Source: Candidatus Omnitrophota bacterium (GTDB taxonomy: Bacteria; Omnitrophota; Gorgyraeia; Gygaellales; Profunditerraquicolaceae). From it: 64,000 nt of DNA. The translations under genes and the position numbers were made by a program. Every line of letters begins with the position of its first letter. The stretch's first letter is position 1. Positions 16,422 through 24,261 of the stretch are shown piece after piece. The stretch is from assembly GCA_963805065.1 (NCBI GenBank), contig CAWDSS010000010.1:147696-211695 (forward strand), written 5' to 3'. Under the pieces are notes generated by a model. The model worked only from the letters and a program-made list of their open reading frames with translations, was not told where the DNA came from and did no database searches.

Positions 16422-17351
16422 TTACTTTTCCCTATCTTTTATTAAATCATTGCTGTATTCAATTATGCTCTTAGCAACAAATTCTGCGAGTTTCACAGGT
16501 ACAGCATTGCCTATAATTTGATTTAAAGCCGTTTTAGTGCCTTCAAATTTGTATGTTCTAGGGAAGGTTTGAATATAACTTCTTTCTCTAACCGTTAAGA
16601 TTCGTAATTTATTGGTAATTGCTACGGGATCCCCAGGATGACCTTTATACCCTTTTGGAATGGGGCGATCTACTCCGCGTATCGTTGGGCTCGGTTGATG
16701 AATACTGAAAATGGCTCTCCTCCCATAACTCGTTGGGATTCTAAAATAATGCTTTAGTCTTAAAGAATCTCCCAAATAATCATAAATGGTCATTTGTTTA
16801 GATAATTTATTCTTATCAAAATACGGTTTAAGAAAATTATCCTTTGAGCCTAAATGACCAACCATAAACAAACGTTTTCTTATCTGAGGAACGCCGCAGT
16901 AGCTAGCATCGAGAATATCTGTAGTTAAACCATATCCGGTTTCTTTAAATAATCGATATATTTTATGAATTAAGTTACTTTTTGTAATACGGTCTACGTT
17001 CTCCATAACAAACCAGTGGGGTTTAGAAGCAACTACGATCTTCGCAAACGCTATAGTTAAAGCAGCTCTTCCGAGTTTTTCATTGCGGTGTCCAGCGATG
17101 GAAAAGTCCTGGCAGGGAGGACCGCCGATAATAACGTCAGACTTTATAGAACGTATGATCTCCGCGCTTTCTTTGACACTTAAATCTAAATCATAGATAG
17201 GATGGCTGAAATTATCTTTATATACTTGAATAGCGGGCTTCCAATTATCGAATGCGGCTATTATTTTGAATCCGGCGTTCTGAAACCCTAGAGACATTCC
17301 ACCGCACCCAGCAAATAAATCAACGACTGAATATTTTTTCGTTTTCTGCAT
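16422..17351 (-). CDS. DNA (cytosine-5)-methyltransferase, copy 2 (paralog of copy 1)
   Basis: 309 aa. Motifs are DLFAGCGGMSLGF, GGPPCQDFS, ENV, QIRKRLF and GNAVPV. It is roughly two-thirds identical to copy 1 by eye and separated from it by 5 nt. Confidence 0.9.
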   Translation of the reverse strand: MQKTKKYSVVDLFAGCGGMSLGFQNAGFKIIAAFDNWKPAIQVYKDNFSHPIYDLDLSVKESAEIIRSIKSDVIIGGPPCQDFSIAGHRNEKLGRAALTIAFAKIVVASKPHWFVMENVDRITKSNLIHKIYRLFKETGYGLTTDILDASYCGVPQIRKRLFMVGHLGSKDNFLKPYFDKNKLSKQMTIYDYLGDSLRLKHYFRIPTSYGRRAIFSIHQPSPTIRGVDRPIPKGYKGHPGDPVAITNKLRILTVRERSYIQTFPRTYKFEGTKTALNQIIGNAVPVKLAEFVAKSIIEYSNDLIKDREK

Positions 17352-17385
17352 AACCGTATCCTTTCTTTTCGGCTTTGAGAATATT

Positions 17386-17844
17386 TTAGATTAAGCGAGC
17401 TTTTGTTATCTTGTTATACATATTTTCAACCTTAATAGCACAATTTTTGGAATTTTTGATCATCTCGAAATCCCAAAACCGAATTATTTTCCACCCTTCT
17501 CTCTTTAATGACATATTCACCTGCTTATCTCTTTCAATATTTTTCTTTATTTTATTAACCCAATAATGCTTCCTTCTTTTAAAAGAATGAATTTTAGTAG
17601 ACATGTTTTTATAACCATGCCAGAAAGATGAATCGCAAAAAACTGCTAATTTATGTTTCGACCAAGAGAAATCTGGTGTTCCAAGTATATTTTTTTTGTT
17701 TTTCCTATAGCCACGTAACCCAACTTTACATAATGCGGATGCCATTAATCTTTCTATTTCAGTACCCGATGACTTTATCCGCGACATAGTATACGAGACC
17801 ACTTCTCTAGGTCTTTGCCCTTTATTAACAGTTGTATTTTTCAT
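17386..17844 (-). CDS. vsr: very short patch repair endonuclease
   Basis: 152 aa. MSRIKSSGTEIERL...LGTPDFSW..HKLAVFCDSSFWHGY matches the Vsr pattern. It is adjacent to the C5 methylases. Confidence 0.85.
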   Translation of the reverse strand: MKNTTVNKGQRPREVVSYTMSRIKSSGTEIERLMASALCKVGLRGYRKNKKNILGTPDFSWSKHKLAVFCDSSFWHGYKNMSTKIHSFKRRKHYWVNKIKKNIERDKQVNMSLKREGWKIIRFWDFEMIKNSKNCAIKVENMYNKITKARLI

Positions 17845-18022
17845 AAACCTTATTAAAATTATTATTGTGATTCTTAGACCATGCCTCTATCTCGTCCTTG
17901 CGGAACCGCCATTGTCCACCAGCCTTAAAAGATGGTATCTTTCCTTCTCTGGCAAGACGCCGTACAGTAAATGAATGCAGTTTAAGATATTTCGCTAACT
18001 CTTCTACAGTAAAGGTTTCCAT
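17825..18022 (-). CDS. excisionase/MerR-type HTH DNA-binding protein
   Basis: METFTVEELAKYLKLHSFTVRRLAREGKIPSFKAGGQWRFRKDEIEAW is the HTH_17 excisionase-family pattern. The track start 18043 was moved to Met at 18022. Its 3' end overlaps the vsr start by 20 nt. Confidence 0.65.
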   Translation of the reverse strand: METFTVEELAKYLKLHSFTVRRLAREGKIPSFKAGGQWRFRKDEIEAWSKNHNNNFNKVYEKYNC

Positions 18023-18063
18023 GGGTCCCCTCTTATATAACAAAATGTAGCAACTTGTAGTTG

Positions 18064-18092
18064 ATTATACTGCTTCCCTATGCCTTTAACAA
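18064..18092 (-). promoter_or_regulatory. candidate promoter for the leftward 11-kb gene array
   Basis: Minus strand TTGTTA (18092-18087), 17 nt, TATAAT (18069-18064). It lies in the divergent region between the HTH gene and the DUF2924 gene. Confidence 0.35.
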
Positions 18093-18166
18093 TAAAAAAA
18101 TACCTCTCTTATTACCTTGCTATATGGCGATTTATATGCCTATATTGTACTGAGGAAACCAGAGTT

Positions 18167-18622
18167 ATGAAAGAAGCTATATCTGCCAAAATCGCCAAGT
18201 TGCAGAGCGCCTCGTTTAAGGAGCTGAATAAGACATATAAAGAGCTCTTTGGCAAGGCTGAAACTGCCAGCCACAAGACCTATCTATTCCGTAGGATCGC
18301 TTATAGACTGCAGGAGCTCGAATATGGCGGTTTGTCGCAAAAGGCAAAAGATAACCTAAAAGCGCTGATTGCCAAATACGATCCTATCAATAACGCTGCC
18401 TTTAGGCCTGCGCCACCGCGGCTAAACGCATCTAATTCTAAAGACAGACGCCTGCCTATACCGGGTACCATGATCAATAAGGAATACAAAGGCTCGCGCT
18501 ACCAGGTTAAAGTCTTGGAGAACGGCTTTGAATATAAGGGCAAAATTTACACTTCTCTCTCGGCAATCGCTAAGGAGATTACCGGAGCGCATTGGAACGG
18601 ATACTTATTCTTTAGCCTATGA
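18167..18622 (+). CDS. DUF2924-family protein (usual partner of large serine recombinases)
   Basis: MKEAISAKIAKLQSASFKELNKTYKELFGK...YLFRRIAYRLQELEYGGLS...YKGKIYTSLSAIAKEITGAHWNGYLFF. A GAGGAA RBS precedes ATG 18167 (the track start 18080 is rejected). Its stop overlaps the recombinase start. Confidence 0.7.
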   Translation: MKEAISAKIAKLQSASFKELNKTYKELFGKAETASHKTYLFRRIAYRLQELEYGGLSQKAKDNLKALIAKYDPINNAAFRPAPPRLNASNSKDRRLPIPGTMINKEYKGSRYQVKVLENGFEYKGKIYTSLSAIAKEITGAHWNGYLFFSL

Positions 18623-20220
18623 AAAATGATAAAGAAATAAAACAAGTTTTATGTGCTATCTACACGCGCGTCTCGACCTCTGAAGGATTAGAGCAAGCAT
18701 TTACTTCTTTGGATAACCAACGCGAATCGGCAGAAAGTTACATCCTAAGCCAAAAATCAGAAGGCTGGGTCGCTTCTCCTGAACGTTACGATGACGGAGG
18801 CTACACAGGCGCAAATACCGAGCGCCCTGCCCTGCAAAAACTCATCTCCGATATCAAAGAAGGCAAAATAAACTGCGTAGTAGTTTATAAGGTCGATAGA
18901 TTGTCGAGATCGTTGCTTGATTTTAGCCAACTGCTTGAATTCTTTGACCAGAGCAATGTAACATTTGTCTCGGTTACGCAGCATTTTAACACCAATACCT
19001 CAATGGGGCGCCTTACCCTTAACATCCTCCTCTCCTTCGCCCAGTTTGAACGCGAAATCATCAGCGAGCGTACGCGCGATAAGATGGGTGCTGCCAAAAG
19101 GAAAGGCAAATGGATTGGCGGTAAGCCACCTTTAGGCTATGACCTAGATAAAATAAATCATAAGCTCATAATTAATCCTAAAGAAGCCAAAATTGTAAAA
19201 GAAATCTTTGATCTTTACCTTGAAAAACGTTCGCTTCTTTCGGCCACAATGGCCCTAAATGAAAAGGGATATAAAACTAAGCTTTATACTACGCTACAAG
19301 GCAAAAAAAACGGCGGTATTAGCTTAAAAAGCACGAATGTACAACTAACATTGAAGAATCCATTCTATATCGGCAAGGTAAGCTATCATGGAGAGCTTTA
19401 TCAAGGCGAACAGGAACGGATCATATCTGATGAAATCTTCCAAAAAGCTCAAGCAATACTAGCAGATAACCGCGGGGAACGCAAGATTGCAGGTACTACC
19501 AAGAATATCGGCTTATTAAGCAGCCTCTTGCGCTGTAAGGCCTGCAATTGCTCGATGTACTACGCCTACAGTATGAAAGGTAAATACAAATACTACTATT
19601 ACCTCTGTATGAACGCACAGAAACGCGGCTACAAGAACTGCCCGACGCGACTTGTTAACGCACAAACAATCGAAAATAAACTCCTTGAGTGTATAAGAAA
19701 GTTTACGCCTGATACAAGCTTACAAGGCGACGCATGGAGCGCCCTTACGCTTCAAGATCAAATCAAGCTACTTAAGTCGGTCGTAAGTCAGATAAACTAT
19801 GACGCCCACGAGGGGCTTCTTGAGATCATTCTTCATAACGATAAAAGCTGCAAATTCAGTCTAAAGCTCGAAGAGTTAAAGCATATACCGCCTCACAAAA
19901 AGGATATTGAGGTTACCAAAGAACCTCTTATCCGACAAAATCTTATATTCGCTCATCAGATTGCCAATATTATGAAAGAAAAAGATTGCAGTCTGCACCA
20001 AATATCGAAATGGATTGGTATAGCGCATCCCAGGCTCTGCCAAATCGCAAGCATGATCAACGTCTCTCCTAAGATTCAGGAAGAAATACTCTTTTCTCAA
20101 GACAAGCGCCTGTATCGAATACCTGAATATAGGCTCCGCGACATCCTCTCCAGAACAGATTGGGACAAACAGCAAGAAATCTGGAACGATCTCCTAAAAA
20201 CCTCAGATAAACAAGCCTAA
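18619..20220 (+). CDS. large serine recombinase (integrase)
   Basis: 533 aa. The resolvase catalytic domain is present (CAIYTRVSTSEG, YKVDRLSRS), followed by a recombinase domain and a zinc ribbon (CKACNCSMYY...CMNAQKRGYKNC). Confidence 0.9.
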   Translation: MKNDKEIKQVLCAIYTRVSTSEGLEQAFTSLDNQRESAESYILSQKSEGWVASPERYDDGGYTGANTERPALQKLISDIKEGKINCVVVYKVDRLSRSLLDFSQLLEFFDQSNVTFVSVTQHFNTNTSMGRLTLNILLSFAQFEREIISERTRDKMGAAKRKGKWIGGKPPLGYDLDKINHKLIINPKEAKIVKEIFDLYLEKRSLLSATMALNEKGYKTKLYTTLQGKKNGGISLKSTNVQLTLKNPFYIGKVSYHGELYQGEQERIISDEIFQKAQAILADNRGERKIAGTTKNIGLLSSLLRCKACNCSMYYAYSMKGKYKYYYYLCMNAQKRGYKNCPTRLVNAQTIENKLLECIRKFTPDTSLQGDAWSALTLQDQIKLLKSVVSQINYDAHEGLLEIILHNDKSCKFSLKLEELKHIPPHKKDIEVTKEPLIRQNLIFAHQIANIMKEKDCSLHQISKWIGIAHPRLCQIASMINVSPKIQEEILFSQDKRLYRIPEYRLRDILSRTDWDKQQEIWNDLLKTSDKQA

Positions 20221-20226
20221 ACCAAC

Positions 20227-20266
20227 AGCCGTTACGAGAGATAAGCTTCCGTAACGGCTTGTTTTT
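20227..20266 (+). terminator. intrinsic terminator after the recombinase gene
   Basis: AGCCGTTACG-13 nt-CGTAACGGCT followed by TGTTTTT. Confidence 0.6.
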
Positions 20267-20529
20267 GTGCTCAAAAGCCGCCGATATCGGCTTAATATAG
20301 CCGTTACGGAAACATTGCCGAATCAGAGATAAATCGCGCTATTTTGGAGCTTGTTACGGATGTTTCGGAGAGATTTTACACACTACTGGCGCAGATCATT
20401 TTTCCATCGAAACCTACTTAAAAAATAATGCCTCAAGTCTTTAACCCCCTAGGAGATAAAAATAGCGCTGATCCTACTTAAGAATCAACGCTATGATCTG
20501 CAATCCTCTCTCGTCGAGAGGAAAAGAAT

Positions 20530-20607
20530 TGGGGTGGCTAACGGGAATCGAACCCGCAACCTTTAGAGCCACAGTCTAACGCTCTAACCAATTGAGCTAT
20601 AGCCACC
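20530..20607 (-). tRNA. tRNA-His (GTG)
   Basis: Hand-folded as G(-1)-GTGGCTA..GCTCAATTGGTTAGAGC..TTAGA-CTGTGGC-TCTAA..GCGGGTTCGATTCCCGT-TAGCCAC-C-CCA. The extra 5' G and C73 are typical of tRNA-His. CCA is encoded. Confidence 0.9.
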
Positions 20608-20627
20608 ATTTCTATCTATTATATAAC

Positions 20628-21836
20628 TTACTTCTTCTCTTCTTTCTTGCTCTCCTCAGCAGGCGGGGTTTCTTTTGTAAAGCTACCTTCTACGGACTTC
20701 TTTATTTCATTGCCCACCGCAAAAGTACCATCCACTACTGCCTTGGAAATATCAGTCGCACCTTTTATGGTGCCTTCGATAAGCTTAGCCGGTAGCATCA
20801 AAACATCCTGCGGTTTTATAGCGCCCCCTGCGCGCGAACGCGCCAGCTTATCCTCGAAAGCCGCTTTAATGTTTCCGAAACCGAATTCCGGATTATCCAT
20901 CTTTGTCTTAATGGTAAAATCCAACTTAATGTTTCCCTCGTTAAGGGATTTAAATATTTCCAGCACCGCGTCAGTAACCCTTTCGGCTTTTTGCTGAGGT
21001 TCATCAGGCGGACGGGGCTTACGCACGATATTAGTCAATTCCAAGCTGCAGTCTGCAGCCACGTCATTGTTTGACCCGTGGATATTACTGGAAAACCCAA
21101 GCGTTGCGCTTTGAATGCGCGCCTTTTCCAGGTCCACCCACGTCGAATAATACGGGTAAAGATAAATTCCATCGATATCCTGAACATTCAAGGCTGCCTG
21201 GATATCTTTGTTAAACAGGTTAAACCAGCCCTCTGCCGAAATTTTACCTTCTTCTTTGCCTTCGCTCCAGGGGATTCTTCCTTTTAAGTCAAAATTAGTT
21301 ATTGCTGATGAGGGAAAAATATACAGATTGGTTAAATTAAAATTGACATCTTTTAACGTCATCTTTAATCCTTCTTGACCGACGGTATGGTCGATAAAAT
21401 TTACAATGCCGTCTTTGATATTCAAGCGCTTGATAATTAAACGAAACGGCTTTTTCTCGTTTGCGGGAGCAGGAGGCGCTGCCGGCTTTTTACCGGCAAA
21501 GGAAACTGGTTGCGGATGAGAAATATTTTTCTCAAGAAATATTTCCGGCTTACCTATCGCGATATTGTTTAAAGCAATTTTACCGGTTAAAAGATAAGGA
21601 ATACTGGGGGTAACTAATATTGAATCTACTTTCGCTATCCCCTCTATATCCAATTTTCTTATGCTGACGTTAAGCGGCGGAGTAAGAGAAAATTTCCCTA
21701 TGGTTACATTTTTATGGGTTAAATTTACCAGGGTCTTTGTAATAATTGCCCTGCCCCTTAATGCCACAAACCCGTAAACCGCGGCAAAAAGAAATGCTAA
21801 AACAAAAATTATAGTGTATAGAATTTTTCTCCACAT
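20628..21836 (-). CDS. membrane-anchored AsmA-like/DUF748-like protein (hypothetical)
   Basis: 402 aa. An N-terminal TM helix (ILYTIIFVLAFLFAAVYGFVAL) is followed by a beta-rich body and a KKEEKK tail. The family assignment is by general resemblance only. Confidence 0.35.
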   Translation of the reverse strand: MWRKILYTIIFVLAFLFAAVYGFVALRGRAIITKTLVNLTHKNVTIGKFSLTPPLNVSIRKLDIEGIAKVDSILVTPSIPYLLTGKIALNNIAIGKPEIFLEKNISHPQPVSFAGKKPAAPPAPANEKKPFRLIIKRLNIKDGIVNFIDHTVGQEGLKMTLKDVNFNLTNLYIFPSSAITNFDLKGRIPWSEGKEEGKISAEGWFNLFNKDIQAALNVQDIDGIYLYPYYSTWVDLEKARIQSATLGFSSNIHGSNNDVAADCSLELTNIVRKPRPPDEPQQKAERVTDAVLEIFKSLNEGNIKLDFTIKTKMDNPEFGFGNIKAAFEDKLARSRAGGAIKPQDVLMLPAKLIEGTIKGATDISKAVVDGTFAVGNEIKKSVEGSFTKETPPAEESKKEEKK

Positions 21837-21855
21837 ATTTATTTTGTGCTTATTC

Positions 21856-21932
21856 TGGTGCGCCTGGGCCGAATCGAACGGCCAACCACCTGCTTAGAAG
21901 GCAGGTGCTCTATCCAATTGAGCTACAGGCGC
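21856..21932 (-). tRNA. tRNA-Arg (TCT)
   Basis: Hand-folded as GCGCCTG..GCTCAATTGGATAGAGC..CCTGC-CTTCTAA-GCAGG..GGCCGTTCGATTCGGCC-CAGGCGC-A-CCA. Confidence 0.9.
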
Positions 21933-21940
21933 ATTATATG

Positions 21941-22015
21941 TCGGGGCGACAGGACTTGAACCTGTGACCTCTTGGTCCCAAACCAAGCGCTCTAGCCAAA
22001 CTGAGCCACGCCCCG
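21941..22015 (-). tRNA. tRNA-Pro (TGG)
   Basis: Hand-folded as CGGGGCG..GCTCAGTTTGGCTAGAGC..CTTGG-TTTGGGA-CCAAG..ACAGGTTCAAGTCCTGT-CGCCCCG-A. CCA is not encoded. Confidence 0.9.
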
Positions 22016-22204
22016 TTAATTTTTTGTTCTCCGTGGCGAAATCCCCCGGAGCCCGTCAGAGCTCTTATTAGTCTATTAAAGGGCGAAGGGGGACCCCGTT
22101 AATTATTTGTTCGCCGTGGCGAAATCCCCCGGAGCCCTAACGACTTCTGCTTACTTCAAATACTTCAATGCGAAGGGGGATGACCATATCACCCCGTTAA
22201 TTAT
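22011..22204. repeat. tandem repeat (~2.2 copies, unit ~83-97 bp) starting inside the 5' end of tRNA-Pro
   Basis: CCCCGTTAATT(t/a)TTTGTTC(t/g)CCGTGGCGAAATCCCCCGGAGCCC occurs at 22011 and 22094. CCCCGTTAATTAT occurs again at 22191. GCGAAGGGGGA occurs at 22083 and 22170. Confidence 0.7.
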
Positions 22205-22320
22205 CAAATTTTCATACTTTCGCGGCCAAAAATTTCAACCTTCAGGTCGAAATAGACAATAGCCGCTCTAGTATTCCGCCCCGGGAACCTCGGGCTAAAT
22301 CCCGAGGGGGCTTCATTATA

Positions 22321-22929
22321 TCAACTTCTTTTGTTTCGCTCAATATATTTTAAAATTATTTTTCTGGCTTTTTCCAGGGCGTGGTATCTATGGCTCATCT
22401 TGTGCTTTATTTTCTCGCCTAGCTCGGCAAATGTTTTTCTGTATTTGGGGATAATGAATAGTGGATCATAGCCAAAACCTGATGTCCCTCTTAATGCAAA
22501 CCCGATTACACCAAAGCACTTGCCCTCTACTACGCCTACCAGTCCGTCTTTGTCAGCCAAAGCCACTGCGCACACATAATGCGCTTTTCTTTGACTGACA
22601 GACAGGCCATTAAGCAACTTAAGCAGCTTTGCGTTATTCTTTGCGTCACTTTTATCTTTTCCGGAAAAACGCGAAGAATGCACTCCGGGTTTTCCTCCCA
22701 AAGCATCCACGCATAGCCCGGAATCTTCTCCCATGGTTAATTGCTTTGTCTCTCTGGCGACTTTTACCGCCTTTTTTATGGCATTATCCTTAAATGTCTT
22801 ACCGTTTTCAATTATGCGCGGCGAGGCCGGATAATCTCCCAGGGAAGTTATGTTTAACCTAAGGCCTTTAAGTATGTCTTTTATCTCTTGTAGTTTTTTC
22901 TTATTTTTGGTTGCGACTAATAATTCCAT
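22321..22929 (-). CDS. rdgB: non-canonical purine NTP pyrophosphatase RdgB/HAM1
   Basis: The start was moved from 23034 to MELLVATKNKKKLQEI (ATG 22929), because the first 35 track codons read through an intergenic repeat. Motifs are EDSGLCVDALGGKPGVHSSRF, FGYDPLF and SHR. Confidence 0.85.
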   Translation of the reverse strand: MELLVATKNKKKLQEIKDILKGLRLNITSLGDYPASPRIIENGKTFKDNAIKKAVKVARETKQLTMGEDSGLCVDALGGKPGVHSSRFSGKDKSDAKNNAKLLKLLNGLSVSQRKAHYVCAVALADKDGLVGVVEGKCFGVIGFALRGTSGFGYDPLFIIPKYRKTFAELGEKIKHKMSHRYHALEKARKIILKYIERNKRS

Positions 22930-22940
22930 TTTAGTAAATA

Positions 22941-22997
22941 GGGACACCCTTAGCTTTAGATTACAGGGTGTCCCTCGATTAAATTTAAGGGTGTCCC
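22941..22997. repeat. GGGACACCC/GGGTGTCCC triple-site element, copy A
   Basis: GGGACACCCTTAGCTTtagattacaGGGTGTCCCtcgattaaatttaaGGGTGTCCC between the rph stop and the rdgB start. A near-identical architecture occurs at 31252-31308. Confidence 0.75.
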
Positions 22998-23710
22998 TAT
23001 AGGATGTCTTTGAGGATGTTGCGCTGGATGTCAATCAACTCTTCAATGCCTTGTTGGGCCAGGAGGAGCATTTTGTCCATTTGCTCTTTGCCAAAAGGCC
23101 TTCTTTCTGCCGTGCCTTGTATTTCAATTAATTCTTTGCTCCCCGTCATTACAATATTCATGTCTACGTCGGCCTTTGAATCCTCTTCATAACATAAATC
23201 CAAAAGAAAATCTTTTCCCATAATCCCAACACTTGTGGCAGCTACAAAATCCTTTATGGGTATCTTATCAATCAGTCTGGATTTTTTTAATTTTTGGAAT
23301 GCAAAACACAACGCGATAAAACTTCCTGTTATAGAAGCAGTGCGTGTACCTCCGTCTCCCTGGATAACATCGCAGTCAATCCAGATAGTACGCTCCCCCA
23401 TTTCCTTCATATCAGTAACGGTCCTTAAAGATCTTCCTACCAGGCGCTGAATTTCATAGGTGCGGCCGGAATCTTTGCCTCTTGGGATCCTGGTCTGGCA
23501 GGAACGCGGGAGCATTCCGTATTCTGCGGTTACCCAGCCCGTGCCTGAATTTTTTAAAAAAGGCGGCACTGATTCTTCCACTGACGCTGCGCAAATTACC
23601 CGGGTATTGCCCAATTCTATCAGGCATGAGCCTTCTGCAAATTTTAAGAAATCAGGTGTAATTTTAACTTTTCTTAACTTGTCTTTACCTCTACCGTCAA
23701 GTCTGTCCAT
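22997..23710 (-). CDS. rph: ribonuclease PH
   Basis: 237 aa. Diagnostic blocks are [24 protein letters not shown] and [14 protein letters not shown]. Confidence 0.9.
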   Translation of the reverse strand: MDRLDGRGKDKLRKVKITPDFLKFAEGSCLIELGNTRVICAASVEESVPPFLKNSGTGWVTAEYGMLPRSCQTRIPRGKDSGRTYEIQRLVGRSLRTVTDMKEMGERTIWIDCDVIQGDGGTRTASITGSFIALCFAFQKLKKSRLIDKIPIKDFVAATSVGIMGKDFLLDLCYEEDSKADVDMNIVMTGSKELIEIQGTAERRPFGKEQMDKMLLLAQQGIEELIDIQRNILKDIL

Positions 23711-23730
23711 AATATTCCTCTCTAGTTTGG

Positions 23731-24261
23731 CTAAGCGATATTTTTGTATAAGGCTTTCCCCCGGGAATCAACAGCTATAATCAAAGGAAAATCCTTTACC
23801 TCTAATTCAAAAATTGCCTCAGGCCCCAAATCTTTATAGGCAATCGGCCGGGCAGCTGTTACATATTGAGATAACAAAGCTCCGCATCCGGCATAAGTCA
23901 CAAAATAAACTCCCTTGTATTTTTTTATTGCCGCGATAACTTTTTTTGAACGGCAGCCCTTTCCAATCATGCCTGTTAAACCTGACTTTAATAAAGCCGG
24001 GGTAAATTCATCCATGCGGCTGGATGTGGTCGGCCCGCAGGAACCGATTATTTTTCCTTTCGGGGTTTTGGTTGGACCACAATAATAAATAATTTCATTT
24101 CTTAACTCAAACGGCAATTTTTTGCGTTTGCTAATTGTCTCGGTTAGTCTTTTATGCGCCTGGTCGCGGGCAGTATAAATAATTCCACTAAGGCAAATTG
24201 CTTGGCCTGCTTTTAATTTCTTAATCTGCTTTTCTTGTAATGGCGTGGTTATGTTTTTCAT
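23731..24261 (-). CDS. class I fumarate hydratase / Fe-S hydro-lyase, beta subunit
   Basis: 176 aa. [26 protein letters not shown] and GMIGKG match the fumarate/tartrate hydro-lyase beta subunit. It is adjacent to the alpha subunit gene. Confidence 0.8.
   Translation of the reverse strand: MKNITTPLQEKQIKKLKAGQAICLSGIIYTARDQAHKRLTETISKRKKLPFELRNEIIYYCGPTKTPKGKIIGSCGPTTSSRMDEFTPALLKSGLTGMIGKGCRSKKVIAAIKKYKGVYFVTYAGCGALLSQYVTAARPIAYKDLGPEAIFELEVKDFPLIIAVDSRGKALYKNIA

Larger units (their letters stand above)
1645..20529. mobile_element. integrative island or degraded prophage/satellite next to tRNA-His (left boundary approximate)
   Basis: A large serine recombinase, DUF2924 and an excisionase-like HTH sit at the right end, abutting the tRNA-His 3' end. 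TerL, a TerS-like gene and a ParB-MTase lie inside. Restriction, RT and methylase cargo is present. Genes left of ~1600 are translationally coupled to surE, so they are probably host genes. No clean att repeat was found. Confidence 0.5.

Noticed and set aside
18080-18166. The track start of the DUF2924 ORF (MPLTIKKYLSYYLAIWRFICLYCTEETRV).
   Set aside because: The hydrophobic, unconserved-looking extension covers the divergent promoter region. A GAGGAA RBS precedes the internal Met at 18167, where the DUF2924-like sequence begins.
22930-23034. A 35-codon N-terminal extension of rdgB in the ORF track ([30 protein letters not shown]...).
   Set aside because: The extension reads through the GGGACACCC repeat element and overlaps the rph stop. 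The RdgB homology starts at MELLVATKN (ATG 22929).
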